Source: Patescibacteria group bacterium
GTDB taxonomy: Bacteria; Patescibacteriota; Gracilibacteria; JAHISY01
NCBI GenBank assembly: GCA_043812055.1
Contig: JBDRMN010000058.1
Location: 184 to 64,183 of the forward strand
Length of the DNA stretch: 64,000 bases
Reading direction: 5' to 3'
Position 1 is the first letter of the stretch. Every line of letters starts with the position of its first letter. Of the stretch, positions 17,415 through 26,434 are shown one piece after another. Both the position numbers and the translations under genes were made by a program. Below the pieces are notes generated by a model, which was not told where the DNA came from, searched no databases, and saw nothing but the letters and a program-made list of their open reading frames with translations.

Positions 17415-18104
17415 ATGCTTCAAAATACTCAAGCTTCTATCGCCAACAATGTCTCAAGGACTTTCTTCGGGCAGGTGATGGCCTTCTTTGGCCTGGCACT
17501 CGCCGCCGCCGCGGGCGGAGTTTTGGTTGGTTTTTATCTCTTACCTGCTGCTCTGATCTACAACACCGGCTTCATGCTCCTCATGTTCGCGGTAACTTTG
17601 ATCTTGGTATTCACTTCACGGCGCTGGAGCCGGGGACGTTTGGGTTATTTCTTTCTAATTGTTTTCGCAGCAATTTTTGGCCTGACTTTTGTCCCCCTGC
17701 TGGCAATCACCGCCCTCACTGCCGGCGCTCCTCTGATCGGCAAAGCCTTGCTGGCCACAGTCACTATGTTCGGCGGAATGGCTCTCTACGGCATCACGAC
17801 CAAGCGCGACCTCAGCGGCCTGGGTGGGGCATTGATCGCGAGTCTCATCGGTATGATCGTCGTCAGCTTGCTGACTTTCGTCCTGTATTTGTTCGGAATT
17901 AGTGTCTGGAGCAATGCTACCGAACTGGTTTTCTCCGGATTTGGCATCCTCGTTTTTGCCGGCTTTACAATGTATGATTTTCAGAAAATTCGGAGCCTTT
18001 CCGGTCAAATCACCCCTATTGAGGGTGCTATTAAGATTTTTCTCGATTTCATCCTGCTTTTCCAGTATATCCTGCGTTTTATGACTGCTCTAGGACGAGA
18101 TTGA
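17415..18104 (+). CDS. Bax-inhibitor-1/YccA family membrane protein
   Basis: 229 aa with seven hydrophobic segments and a C-terminal IKIFLDFILLFQYILRF pattern. Confidence 0.8.
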   Translation: MLQNTQASIANNVSRTFFGQVMAFFGLALAAAAGGVLVGFYLLPAALIYNTGFMLLMFAVTLILVFTSRRWSRGRLGYFFLIVFAAIFGLTFVPLLAITALTAGAPLIGKALLATVTMFGGMALYGITTKRDLSGLGGALIASLIGMIVVSLLTFVLYLFGISVWSNATELVFSGFGILVFAGFTMYDFQKIRSLSGQITPIEGAIKIFLDFILLFQYILRFMTALGRD

Positions 18105-18181
18105 AAAACTTTGCATTTGCTTTTGTTTTTCGTCTAAACTTTTGCTAACTTTATAGTAACTCTTCACTAACCCTCCCCGCC

Positions 18182-18574
18182 ATGTCCTCCAAAATCAAAG
18201 CTTTGGCCATCGGTTTGGTTGCCGTCGTCGGCGTTTCTGCACTAGCCATGGCGATAGAGCCTGTCTTCGCCGCAGATGACATCAGCAAGACCTGTACCGT
18301 GTGGCAGCAGCAGCAAGGTCTTTGTACCGCGGGCCTACGGACTCTCGTCCTAAACATCGTTAACTGGTTTCTCCTCTTTCTCGGCCTGGTTGCCACCGGC
18401 TTCCTGGTCTATGGTGGTTTTCTCTATGTCACCTCAGCCGGCAATGACGAGAACATCAACAAAGCCAAGAAGATTATCATCTACGCAGCAGTTGGCATCC
18501 TTATAATCGTGTTAGCTGCAGTACTTGTGAATGCGCTTGTCGATATTGTTGCCTCCGGACGCGTCGACCAGTAA
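18182..18574 (+). CDS. TrbC/VirB2-like type IV secretion pilin-like protein
   Basis: Signal peptide ending AMA, then two TM helices flanking YGGFLYVTSAGNDENINKAKKII. This layout is typical of T4SS pilin-like proteins common in CPR genomes. Confidence 0.6.
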   Translation: MSSKIKALAIGLVAVVGVSALAMAIEPVFAADDISKTCTVWQQQQGLCTAGLRTLVLNIVNWFLLFLGLVATGFLVYGGFLYVTSAGNDENINKAKKIIIYAAVGILIIVLAAVLVNALVDIVASGRVDQ

Positions 18575-18605
18575 TAAGCGCCATTATCTAAAATCTAAAA
18601 CAAAG

Positions 18606-18632
18606 AGCCTCCCGCTTAGCAGGAGGCTTTTT
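18606..18632 (+). terminator. Rho-independent terminator after the pilin-like gene
   Basis: AGCCTCC-9 nt loop-GGAGGCT followed by TTTTT. Confidence 0.75.
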
Positions 18633-18683
18633 GCTTGCTTGCTTGAGTGCAGAAAGAAAGAATTGTGCTACAATTTCCGCACT

Positions 18684-19634
18684 ATGAAAAGCGATTTCCA
18701 GTATCTCAAGATTTTCTTCGGCGGGAACAGCGAGGCGCTTGGGGAGAAAATTTGCCGAAAAATCGGAATTAAGCCTGGAAAGATAGAGACCAAGAAGTTC
18801 TCCTGCGGGGAGAACTACGTCCAAATCGGCGAGAGTGTGCGAGGCCGCAACTGCTTCGTGATAGCCACTGCTACGCAAAATGTGAATGAAGATTTGATGG
18901 AGCTTTTCTTGATCATCGATGCGCTGAAACGCAGTCTGGCGAAGTACATTCACGTTGTCATTCCTCACTTCGGTTACGCCCGCCAGGACAAGATCACCGA
19001 TCCCCGAGAACCGATCTCGGCCAAGCTGGTCGCAAACTTGATCGAGACCGCCGGAGCGAAGCACATTATCACGCTCGACCTGCACTCGGACCAGGCTCAG
19101 GCTTTCTTCGAAAAGCCCGTGGACAATCTAACCGCCAAATTACTTTTCTTTGATTATTTCAAAAAGAAACGGCTGACGAATCCAGTTATCGTCAGTCCGG
19201 ATGCCGGGGGAGCGAAAAATGCCGAGAAATTTGCCAAGCTTTTAAATGCCTCGCTGGCCATCCTGCACAAGACCCGCCCCGCCCATAACCGTGCCGAAGT
19301 GCAGCACATCATCGGTGAAGTAAAGGGTCGATCCGCAATTCTCTTTGATGATCTGGTCGATACCGCCGGTAGCGTTAGTGCGGCGATACAGGCTTTGCGC
19401 AAGCAAGGTGCCAAGGAGATTTACCTGGCCGCCACTCACGCAGTGCTCTCCGGTCCTGCTCAGGAACGTTTGAATAAAGCCAAGTTTAAGGAAATCGTCT
19501 TCACCGATTCAATCCCCCAGAACTTTGAAAAGCTAAAAAATGTAAAAGTGATCTCGATTGCTGAAATGCTCGCGAACACCATCAGAGGCGTCCACCTCGG
19601 CCGCAGTGTGAGTAAGTTCTGGGAGAGCCACTAA
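18684..19634 (+). CDS. prs: Ribose-phosphate pyrophosphokinase
   Basis: HFGYARQDK, VSPDAGGAK and DDLVDTAGS. Start set at the internal ATG (MKSDFQYLKIF). Confidence 0.9.
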   Translation: MKSDFQYLKIFFGGNSEALGEKICRKIGIKPGKIETKKFSCGENYVQIGESVRGRNCFVIATATQNVNEDLMELFLIIDALKRSLAKYIHVVIPHFGYARQDKITDPREPISAKLVANLIETAGAKHIITLDLHSDQAQAFFEKPVDNLTAKLLFFDYFKKKRLTNPVIVSPDAGGAKNAEKFAKLLNASLAILHKTRPAHNRAEVQHIIGEVKGRSAILFDDLVDTAGSVSAAIQALRKQGAKEIYLAATHAVLSGPAQERLNKAKFKEIVFTDSIPQNFEKLKNVKVISIAEMLANTIRGVHLGRSVSKFWESH

Positions 19635-19714
19635 GTGACCACTTTGTGGCGTGAGAGGTTAAATAATTTGCCAAACGTGAAAAGAATTAGGTAAGTTTGT
19701 TTATCAAACTTTTT

Positions 19715-20485
19715 ATGAATCCCGAAAAAGACGATGGATTTATCGAGAAAACTTACAATAAGATTTTTTATGGAGTACGCAGCTTGATTGATAAAGTCTC
19801 CCAGAAACCACTCAAAGCACTAAGCAAAAAAGTCCATCCTGACTCAATCACACTTAGTAGAATTCCGATTGGAGTCCTCGTCTTGCTCGCCTATCTTATC
19901 GATCAAAAAGAGATCGCTGCAGCGCTTTATTTTTTTAACTATTTCCTTGATGTTCTTGATGGTATGGTAGCTCGTGTTAGCGGGCAGGAAACAGGTAATG
20001 GGGCAAGACTGGATCCTTTTGTAGACAAGCTAACAAACTACCCTTTGCTCGCGATAGTAACGGGAAAAGCATTGGTGGGTTCTTTTTCAGAAATATCATT
20101 CAATTCTCTCGAGACGGCTATTCCCTTTTTCCGTGCACTTATTTTAACGTCACTCATGTTCAAGGCTGCTCAAAACGACGATGAATCTATGCAATTGCGA
20201 GGAGGGTTCCCGGCAGGCTTCGAAAGCATAGCAATAGCCCTGAGCAGATTAAAAGGCCAAACAATCACCAATCCCAAGCCGAATCCTGAAGAAATCCCTG
20301 TGGCTTTCGGAAAAACAAAATTTGTCTTTCAGTCGGGTGCAATTCTCAACTCAATGCTAAACGGTGCTAGCCTGACAACACTAGGACTGCTAGGTACCTC
20401 AATCATCTTGGGCAGGGGGAGTGTCCGCAAAAGAAGCGCACTCAAAGATACCCCTTCTCCACACATTCGTCCAGATCCTTCTTAA
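19715..20485 (+). CDS. CDP-alcohol phosphatidyltransferase family protein
   Basis: DVLDGMVARVSGQETGNGARLDPFVDK fits the D-x2-DG-x2-AR-x8-G-x3-D-x3-D motif. Confidence 0.7.
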   Translation: MNPEKDDGFIEKTYNKIFYGVRSLIDKVSQKPLKALSKKVHPDSITLSRIPIGVLVLLAYLIDQKEIAAALYFFNYFLDVLDGMVARVSGQETGNGARLDPFVDKLTNYPLLAIVTGKALVGSFSEISFNSLETAIPFFRALILTSLMFKAAQNDDESMQLRGGFPAGFESIAIALSRLKGQTITNPKPNPEEIPVAFGKTKFVFQSGAILNSMLNGASLTTLGLLGTSIILGRGSVRKRSALKDTPSPHIRPDPS

Positions 20486-20840
20486 ACATATCCTCAAGTG
20501 GAATCTTGTTTTTGGCATGCAGCTTGACGAGCTTATCCAGATCTTTCGCAAAATCTTTTTCGAATTCAGCGAAGCTTTTACCATCCACTATCGCGGCCAG
20601 CGAAAGCCAGTAAAAAAATTGGGAACTCTCCAGGAGAAAATCTTTCTTGAAATCATCCGAGTGGCGATGCTCTTCGTCAGTCAATTCCTTCCACTCTTCT
20701 TTCGCCCGGCCTTGGAAAAATTTCGTGTCTTTCTCCTGCAGCATTTTGGCCGTGCCCGATCCCGGGAACTTTTTGGGTTTCCTGAATTGATCTAGAACAC
20801 CATAAAGCTTTTCGGCGAGTTCACGTTCAGTGTCATTCAT
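20442..20840 (-). CDS. hisE: HisE-like phosphoribosyl-ATP pyrophosphatase (MazG-fold) with an insertion
   Basis: LYGVLDQFRK..PGSGTAKML...EEWKEL...FFYWLSLAA...IPLEDMF follows the HisE pattern. Adjacent to hisI. Its 3' end overlaps the convergent gene by 44 nt. Confidence 0.55.
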   Translation of the reverse strand: MNDTERELAEKLYGVLDQFRKPKKFPGSGTAKMLQEKDTKFFQGRAKEEWKELTDEEHRHSDDFKKDFLLESSQFFYWLSLAAIVDGKSFAEFEKDFAKDLDKLVKLHAKNKIPLEDMFKKDLDECVEKGYL

Positions 20841-21163
20841 TTGATCTTTTTAAAGAAACAAGTTCGTTCCCCTGTGTGACAAGCCTGGAGATTCTCGTCG
20901 TGCTCGACCTTGATCAGCACAGAATCTTCGTCACAATCTGTGATGATTTCGACAACCTTCAAAACGTTTCCGCTTGTCTCTCCCTTTTTCCAGAGCTTTT
21001 GCTTACTGCGGGAAAAGAAATAGACCTCGCCGGTCTCTACAGTTTTCTCATAAGCCTCTTCATTCTGAAAAGCCAGCATGAGAATTTCATTCGTCTCGAT
21101 ATCCTGGACGACTGCCGGAATTAGTCCATTCATTTTTTCGAAATCTAGTTTGATCTCACTCAT
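20837..21163 (-). CDS. hisI: Phosphoribosyl-AMP cyclohydrolase
   Basis: GLIPAVVQD...FFSRSKQKLWKKGETSGN...DCDEDSVLIKV...CHTGERTCFF. Confidence 0.85.
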   Translation of the reverse strand: MSEIKLDFEKMNGLIPAVVQDIETNEILMLAFQNEEAYEKTVETGEVYFFSRSKQKLWKKGETSGNVLKVVEIITDCDEDSVLIKVEHDENLQACHTGERTCFFKKIK

Positions 21164-21255
21164 GCAAATATTTTACACGCATAATCTTTGGATTTTGGAA
21201 TTTATTTGGGATTTGGGATTTGGGATTTGGAAATTTGGGAGCTCACCCACACAGA

Positions 21256-22032
21256 TCAAACCTCTCTAACGAGCACCCCTTTTTTAGCAAGAAAACTTTT
21301 AATCAATCCAATAGAAGTCTCCTTGAAGTGAAAGATGCTCGCCGCCAACGCCGCCTCTGCGCCCGTCTTCTCAAAAACCTCGACAAAATCCTCCGCCTTC
21401 CCCGCTCCACCACTCGCAATCACCGGAACATTCACCGCTTCGGCAACTGCCTGCGTCAAAGCAATGTCGAAGCCATTCTTCATCCCGTCCGTATCCATCG
21501 ACGTCAGGAGAATTTCCCCGGCACCAAGTTCAACGCCTTTTTTCGCCCACTCCACCGCATCCATCCCGGTCTCCTTCCTTCCTCCGTAAGTCACCACCTC
21601 CCAATTGTTCCCTGTTCCCTGTTCCCTGTTCCCTGTTTTGGCATCAATCGCTAGCACTAAGTTCTGACTTCCAATCGCCCCGGCAATCTCTTTGATCAGT
21701 TCGGGCTTCTCAACAGCGGCAGTATTCACCGAAACCTTATCCGCTCCCGCCTGCAAAATCTTTTTCGCATCCGCAACGGAGCGAATCCCACCGCCGACTG
21801 TAAGGGGAATGAAAACTTGCTTGGCAACTGCTTCAACCATCTCGTAAACGGTTTCCCGCGAATCACTGGAAGCAGTGATGTCGAGAAAACAAAGTTCATC
21901 TGCTCCCTCCGCATCATAGAACTTCGCCAGCTCTACCGGATCACCCGCATCACGAATATTCACAAACTTCTCGCCTTTCACGACACGACCAGCGTCGACA
22001 TCGAGACACGGGATAATTCTCTTAGTTAGCAT
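21256..22032 (-). CDS. hisF: Imidazole glycerol phosphate synthase cyclase subunit
   Basis: [30 protein letters not shown] and [12 protein letters not shown]. Start at the ATG preceded by TGCTAAAAT. Confidence 0.92.
   Translation of the reverse strand: MLTKRIIPCLDVDAGRVVKGEKFVNIRDAGDPVELAKFYDAEGADELCFLDITASSDSRETVYEMVEAVAKQVFIPLTVGGGIRSVADAKKILQAGADKVSVNTAAVEKPELIKEIAGAIGSQNLVLAIDAKTGNREQGTGNNWEVVTYGGRKETGMDAVEWAKKGVELGAGEILLTSMDTDGMKNGFDIALTQAVAEAVNVPVIASGGAGKAEDFVEVFEKTGAEAALAASIFHFKETSIGLIKSFLAKKGVLVREV
21607..21637. repeat. (GTTCCCT)x4 heptamer tandem repeat inside hisF
   Basis: GTTCCCT at 21607, 21614, 21621 and 21628, plus a partial copy. Encodes [10 protein letters not shown] on the minus strand. 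Confidence 0.9.
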
Positions 22033-22056
22033 AGGCGACAATTTTAGCATTTTAAC

Positions 22057-22065
22057 TGGTAAAAT
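22057..22065 (+). promoter_or_regulatory. Extended -10-like TGGTAAAAT, 6 nt before the ATG at 22072
   Basis: TGGTAAAATAGCCGT-ATG. An identical TGGTAAAAT lies at 40816-40824. Confidence 0.5.
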
Positions 22066-22071
22066 AGCCGT

Positions 22072-23760
22072 ATGGGTTTGAAAAATCTACGCCAGAAAAT
22101 CGATACACTCGACACGGAGCTACTGAAATTGCTCGCTCAGCGGCAAGAAGTAGCGGCGGAAATCGCTGCGGCCAAGAAGGCCTCGGGGAAGAAAGTATTC
22201 GATCCGAAACGGGAAAGACAATTGCTCAAGGAAAAGAAAAAGTTGGCCGAGAGTCTGGGCCTGCCCGTTGCCTACGTGGACAAAATCTTCCAAGTGCTCT
22301 TCCAAAGTTCCCGGGGAGCGCAAACGAGCTACTTCGAATTGGCCGAAAAGCTGAAGCCGCGAAAACTGAGTTATCGTAAAAAAAAAATTAAAACAGGTCT
22401 CAGTCTCCTCGAAATCTTCGCGAGACTAAAGCAAAACTTCGAAACTTGCTTCCTGCTCGAGTCTCTCGGTGAATACGACGACTTCTCCCGCAAAAGTTAC
22501 CTAGGCTTCTCTCCCTACTCCATCATCCAGGCCGAACCGGGAAAATTAATTGTTGATCAGAAAAAATTCGCAACACCGAATCCCTACGAAGCACTCAAAC
22601 TTTTTCTTCCCCGCTTTCCCAAAGGCCCGGGTTTCCGGGGCGGGCTGTTTGGTTACCTGAGTTACGAAGCTACGCGTTACTTCGAGCCCAGTCTGAACTT
22701 CGGGAAGCATCCAGCTTTCCCCGACTTCGAGTTCGGGCTCTACTACGATGGTTTGATCTTCGATAAGAAAACTAAAGAGCTAACTTATTTCTATCTAAGC
22801 AAAGACCGCAGCAAGCTGCTCCAGAAGGTTCTCCGGCAACCACTGAAGAAAGAAAAAGCATTTAAGGCCAAGGCCGCCGGCAATAACCACAGCCAGGCCT
22901 ACTTCGAGAAGGCTGTTCGCGAGGGTAAAAAGGAAATCTTCGCGGGGAACACTTTTCAGTTCGTCATCGGCCGCAAGTATTTCTATAAGCTCTCCGGTGA
23001 CCGTCTAAAATTCTACGAGAAACTCCGCGAGGTGAATCCCAGTCCGCACATGTTCTACCTGCAGTTTGGAAAGAAACTTGCCAAACGACCTGTCCCCCGT
23101 AGTCTTGACGAAGGGGGAAGCTCGCAGAGCGCAGTTCGGGAGCTGATCGGCAGTTCCCCTGAGCTAATTGTCAGAGTCGAGAACGGAGTCGTGGAAAACT
23201 ATCCCCTTGCCGGCACACGGAAAATCACCGGAGATCGTAAAAAAGATCAGCAGCTCGCGAAAGAGTTGCTAGCGGATGAGAAAGAAAAAGCTGAACACAT
23301 GATGCTCGTAGACCTCGGAAGAAATGATGTGGGTAGAGTTTGTAAATTCGGTAGCGTAAAAGTCAGCAAACTCATGGTGATTAAGAAGTTTTCTCACGTC
23401 CAGCACATCGCCAGTGAAATCATCGGCAAGTTACGGAACGACAAAACCGCTTTCGACGCGCTGGCCGCCCAGATGCCGATGGGCACCGTTTCAGGCGCTC
23501 CGAAGATCGAAACAATGAAGATTATCAAACGGCTTGAGCGCGACCCACGGGGTCCCTACGCTGGCGCGGTCGGCTTCTTTAGTCTCGCCGGGGATTGTGT
23601 TTTCGCCGTGAATCTGCGCAGCCTCTTCGCGGCCAACGGCAAAGCGACCATCCAGGCGGGCGCCGGAGTAGTCGCCGATTCGGTTCCGCGGAATGAATTT
23701 AAGGAGGTGGAAAAAAAGGTTCGCGGGGTTATAACCGCACTTAAACAAGCTAGCCACTAG
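22072..23760 (+). CDS. Fusion of AroQ-type chorismate mutase domain with a TrpE/PabB-type chorismate-binding enzyme
   Basis: The N-terminus [30 protein letters not shown]...KRERQLL is AroQ-type chorismate mutase. The C-terminus carries [41 protein letters not shown] and GPYAGAVG. Confidence 0.8.
   Translation: MGLKNLRQKIDTLDTELLKLLAQRQEVAAEIAAAKKASGKKVFDPKRERQLLKEKKKLAESLGLPVAYVDKIFQVLFQSSRGAQTSYFELAEKLKPRKLSYRKKKIKTGLSLLEIFARLKQNFETCFLLESLGEYDDFSRKSYLGFSPYSIIQAEPGKLIVDQKKFATPNPYEALKLFLPRFPKGPGFRGGLFGYLSYEATRYFEPSLNFGKHPAFPDFEFGLYYDGLIFDKKTKELTYFYLSKDRSKLLQKVLRQPLKKEKAFKAKAAGNNHSQAYFEKAVREGKKEIFAGNTFQFVIGRKYFYKLSGDRLKFYEKLREVNPSPHMFYLQFGKKLAKRPVPRSLDEGGSSQSAVRELIGSSPELIVRVENGVVENYPLAGTRKITGDRKKDQQLAKELLADEKEKAEHMMLVDLGRNDVGRVCKFGSVKVSKLMVIKKFSHVQHIASEIIGKLRNDKTAFDALAAQMPMGTVSGAPKIETMKIIKRLERDPRGPYAGAVGFFSLAGDCVFAVNLRSLFAANGKATIQAGAGVVADSVPRNEFKEVEKKVRGVITALKQASH
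23091..23118 (+). repeat. Type-B hairpin unit in frame inside the TrpE-like gene
   Basis: TGTCCCCC-GTAG-TCTTGA-CGAA-GGGGGA, translated as [10 protein letters not shown]. Confidence 0.8.
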
Positions 23761-23762
23761 CA

Positions 23763-24098
23763 CTACTTCACCAAGCGAATGTGTTTGAGCCCGTAAATAA
23801 ATAACGCCAGCGCAATTATTATCAAAACAATCTGCCCTGCGCGCAGTACCATCAGATTTTCCACGATCTTATCTAGGCCAACGAAAACGCCCTGCTCCTG
23901 CAAAACCACTGCCAAAACCAGAGAGACTCCTCCTACAAGGTAAATAATTCCTCGCACTACTTCGGCAAAACGCAAAGCAGTTGAGGCTTTTTCTTCGGGC
24001 GCAATAACTTTTGACTGCTGCGCTTCCGCCTTTGCCTGCGCCTTCGCGAGCTTGATCTCCGCTTTGAGGCGTTTCTTGGCGGCCTTGTCTGATCCCAT
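23763..24098 (-). CDS. Small membrane protein, unknown function
   Basis: 111 aa with a Lys/Ala-rich N-terminus and two hydrophobic helices. Confidence 0.45.
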   Translation of the reverse strand: MGSDKAAKKRLKAEIKLAKAQAKAEAQQSKVIAPEEKASTALRFAEVVRGIIYLVGGVSLVLAVVLQEQGVFVGLDKIVENLMVLRAGQIVLIIIALALFIYGLKHIRLVK

Positions 24099-24130
24099 GC
24101 GTAGATTTTACTTCAAATTCTCAAAAAACT

Positions 24131-24644
24131 TGTCATCCCGGCCGATCCCGAGCCTGTCGAGGGAGAGAGCCGGGACCCAGACAAAATTTCCGCGCAAGCG
24201 GAAATCCAAACAATCAACCCTCGTAAAACTTAAAATACAAATCCTTCCATTCGGGGTTATTCTTTTCTATTAATTCTAGTTTCCACTTTCGCCTCCACTT
24301 CTTAATTTGTTTCTCTCGGGCAATTGCCTCAACTATATCTCCGTGTTCTTCGTAATAAACAAGCTTATTTATCTTATATTTCTTCGCAAATTTACTACCC
24401 TTTCCTTCCCTGTGTTCTCGAACTCTCAAGCCTGGATCATTGGTAACACCAATGTAAAGGGTGCCATTCTTCCTGCTCGCCAAGATATAGACGTAATAGA
24501 TTTTTTCTGTCCACATAGCTGGTAATTCTAAATGTATTAACTAAAACTCAAAAACTTACATGAACTAAAGTTCATGTTTCTGGACCCCTGCTTTCGCAGG
24601 GGATAATCTGGTTTCCCGCTTTCGCGGGAATGACAATGTTTTTA
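24131..24644. mobile_element. Candidate GIY-YIG cassette copy 2 (gene inverted relative to copy 1)
   Basis: Left units at 24131-24182 and 24186-24210. Right units at 24580-24602 and 24608-24635. 24613-24644 is identical to 1575-1606. Confidence 0.55.
24214..24516 (-). CDS. Small GIY-YIG (URI-domain) nuclease, second copy
   Basis: MWTEKIYYVYILASRKNGTLYIGVTNDPGLRVREH...; 84/100 identical to the protein at 1234-1536. Confidence 0.85.
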   Translation of the reverse strand: MWTEKIYYVYILASRKNGTLYIGVTNDPGLRVREHREGKGSKFAKKYKINKLVYYEEHGDIVEAIAREKQIKKWRRKWKLELIEKNNPEWKDLYFKFYEG

Positions 24645-24715
24645 GTTTTTTATTCAAATTATTTTTACCGTGAAAGTATGACAATTTCCCGCGTTACTTC
24701 TAAACTCATCAAAGT

Positions 24716-26434
24716 ATGGCCAAAGCAAAAGCTGAGCTCGATCTGGAATCTTTGAAGCATTCCACCAGCCACGTGCTCGCGGCTGCTGTACTCGAAATGT
24801 TTCCCGACGCGAAACTGGGAATTGGCCCGGCGATTGAGGACGGTTTTTATTATGACTTTCTGCTGCCGAGGACGTTAATTCCAGAAGACCTTCCGCTGAT
24901 CGAAAAAAAGATGAAGCATCTGATCAAGCAGAATCTAAAGTTCGAGCAACACGAAGAAGCAATCGATAAAGCGGAAGAATCTCTCAAAGAATCCGGGCAG
25001 AATTTCAAAGTCGAGCTCATCGCCGAACTGAAACAAATGGGTGAAACGAAGGCGAGCTTTTATAAATGTGGAGAATTCGTCGATCTCTGCAAAGGACCCC
25101 ATGTCGAGTCCACCGGAAAAATCAAAGCCTTCAGGCTTACCAAGATCGCCGGTAGTTACTGGCGTGGCGATAGCGAACGACCGCAGTTGCAACGAATTTA
25201 CGGTGTAGCCTTCACGGATCCCAAAGAACTGCAGGAATGGGAAGAGCGGATAAAAGAAGCTGCCAAACGCGACCATCGCGAGCTGGGGAAAAAACTAGAT
25301 CTTTTCTCTTTCCACCCCGAAGCCCCCGGCGCGGCCTTCTGGCATCCCCGGGGCAAATTCGTCTACGACCAGCTGATTAACTTTATGCGAGCCGAGAATG
25401 CAAAACGGGGCTACGTCGAAATCAAAACTCCAATTGTGCTCAGTAGTGAGCTTTGGAAGCAGTCGGGTCACTACAACAATTTCAAAGAACACATGTACTT
25501 TACCGAGTTCGAGGAAAGAGAGTTCGCCGTGAAGCCAATGAACTGTCCGGGAGGTTGTTTGCTTTTCGCTGAACGCGTTCCTAGTTACCGAGAACTGCCG
25601 CTGAAAGTGGCGGAATTTGGGATCGTCCACCGTATGGAGCTCTCGGGAGTATTGCACGGACTTTTGCGCGTGCGGGAATTCGTCCAAGATGATGCCCACG
25701 TTTACTGCACGCCGGGGCAGCTGGAACAAGAAATCGAAGAAATCATTAAATACACTATCGACGTTTACGAAAAGTTTGGATTCAAGGATTACGAGCTCAT
25801 GATCGCGACCAAGCCGCCCCAGAAAGCCATCGGTGATGACGCGGTGTGGGACAAGGCCACCAAGGCCCTCGAGAACGCCATGCAGAAATTAAAGCTTGAA
25901 TGGGGCGTGAAAGAGGGTGAGGGCGCTTTCTATGGTCCGAAGATTGAATTCAATGTAAAAGACGCGATTGGCCGCAATTGGCAGCTCGGCACTTGCCAGA
26001 TTGATTTCAACCTGCCGGAACGCTTCGAACTGAATTACACCGGACCTGACGGTGAGAAGCACAGACCCGTAATGATCCACCGGGCGATCATCGGAGCAGT
26101 GGAGCGTTTCCTCGGTGTCTATCTCGAACACACTGCCGGAGAACTGCCGGATTGGCTCGCGCCGGAGCAGGCCCGCTTAATTCCGGTTGCTGCTGAATTT
26201 GTCAAAGACTGTGAAAAGTTTGCGGAAGAACTCCAGAAGAAGGGCGGACGAGTCGGAATCGATAAATCAAATGAATCGCTTAGTAAAAAGATTCGCAACG
26301 GCGAGCTTATGAAGATCCCCTATCTACTCGTGGTCGGCGAGAAAGAAGCCAAAGCGAAGAAGGTTACTATTCGCGAGCGAGGCAAGAAAGAACAAGAGAC
26401 TGTCGCACTCGCAGCATTCGCTAAAAATTTCTAA
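24716..26434 (+). CDS. thrS: Threonyl-tRNA synthetase (no N-terminal TGS domain)
   Basis: The HSTSHVL editing-domain motif, class II motifs (FRHPEAP-like FHPEAPGAAFWHPRG, MNCPG, RVREFVQDDAHV) and a C-terminal anticodon-binding domain. Confidence 0.93.
   Translation: MAKAKAELDLESLKHSTSHVLAAAVLEMFPDAKLGIGPAIEDGFYYDFLLPRTLIPEDLPLIEKKMKHLIKQNLKFEQHEEAIDKAEESLKESGQNFKVELIAELKQMGETKASFYKCGEFVDLCKGPHVESTGKIKAFRLTKIAGSYWRGDSERPQLQRIYGVAFTDPKELQEWEERIKEAAKRDHRELGKKLDLFSFHPEAPGAAFWHPRGKFVYDQLINFMRAENAKRGYVEIKTPIVLSSELWKQSGHYNNFKEHMYFTEFEEREFAVKPMNCPGGCLLFAERVPSYRELPLKVAEFGIVHRMELSGVLHGLLRVREFVQDDAHVYCTPGQLEQEIEEIIKYTIDVYEKFGFKDYELMIATKPPQKAIGDDAVWDKATKALENAMQKLKLEWGVKEGEGAFYGPKIEFNVKDAIGRNWQLGTCQIDFNLPERFELNYTGPDGEKHRPVMIHRAIIGAVERFLGVYLEHTAGELPDWLAPEQARLIPVAAEFVKDCEKFAEELQKKGGRVGIDKSNESLSKKIRNGELMKIPYLLVVGEKEAKAKKVTIRERGKKEQETVALAAFAKNF

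Noticed and set aside
24517-24715. T-box or other leader upstream of thrS
   Set aside because: The region is occupied by the GIY-YIG cassette end units. No specifier or T-box consensus is visible.
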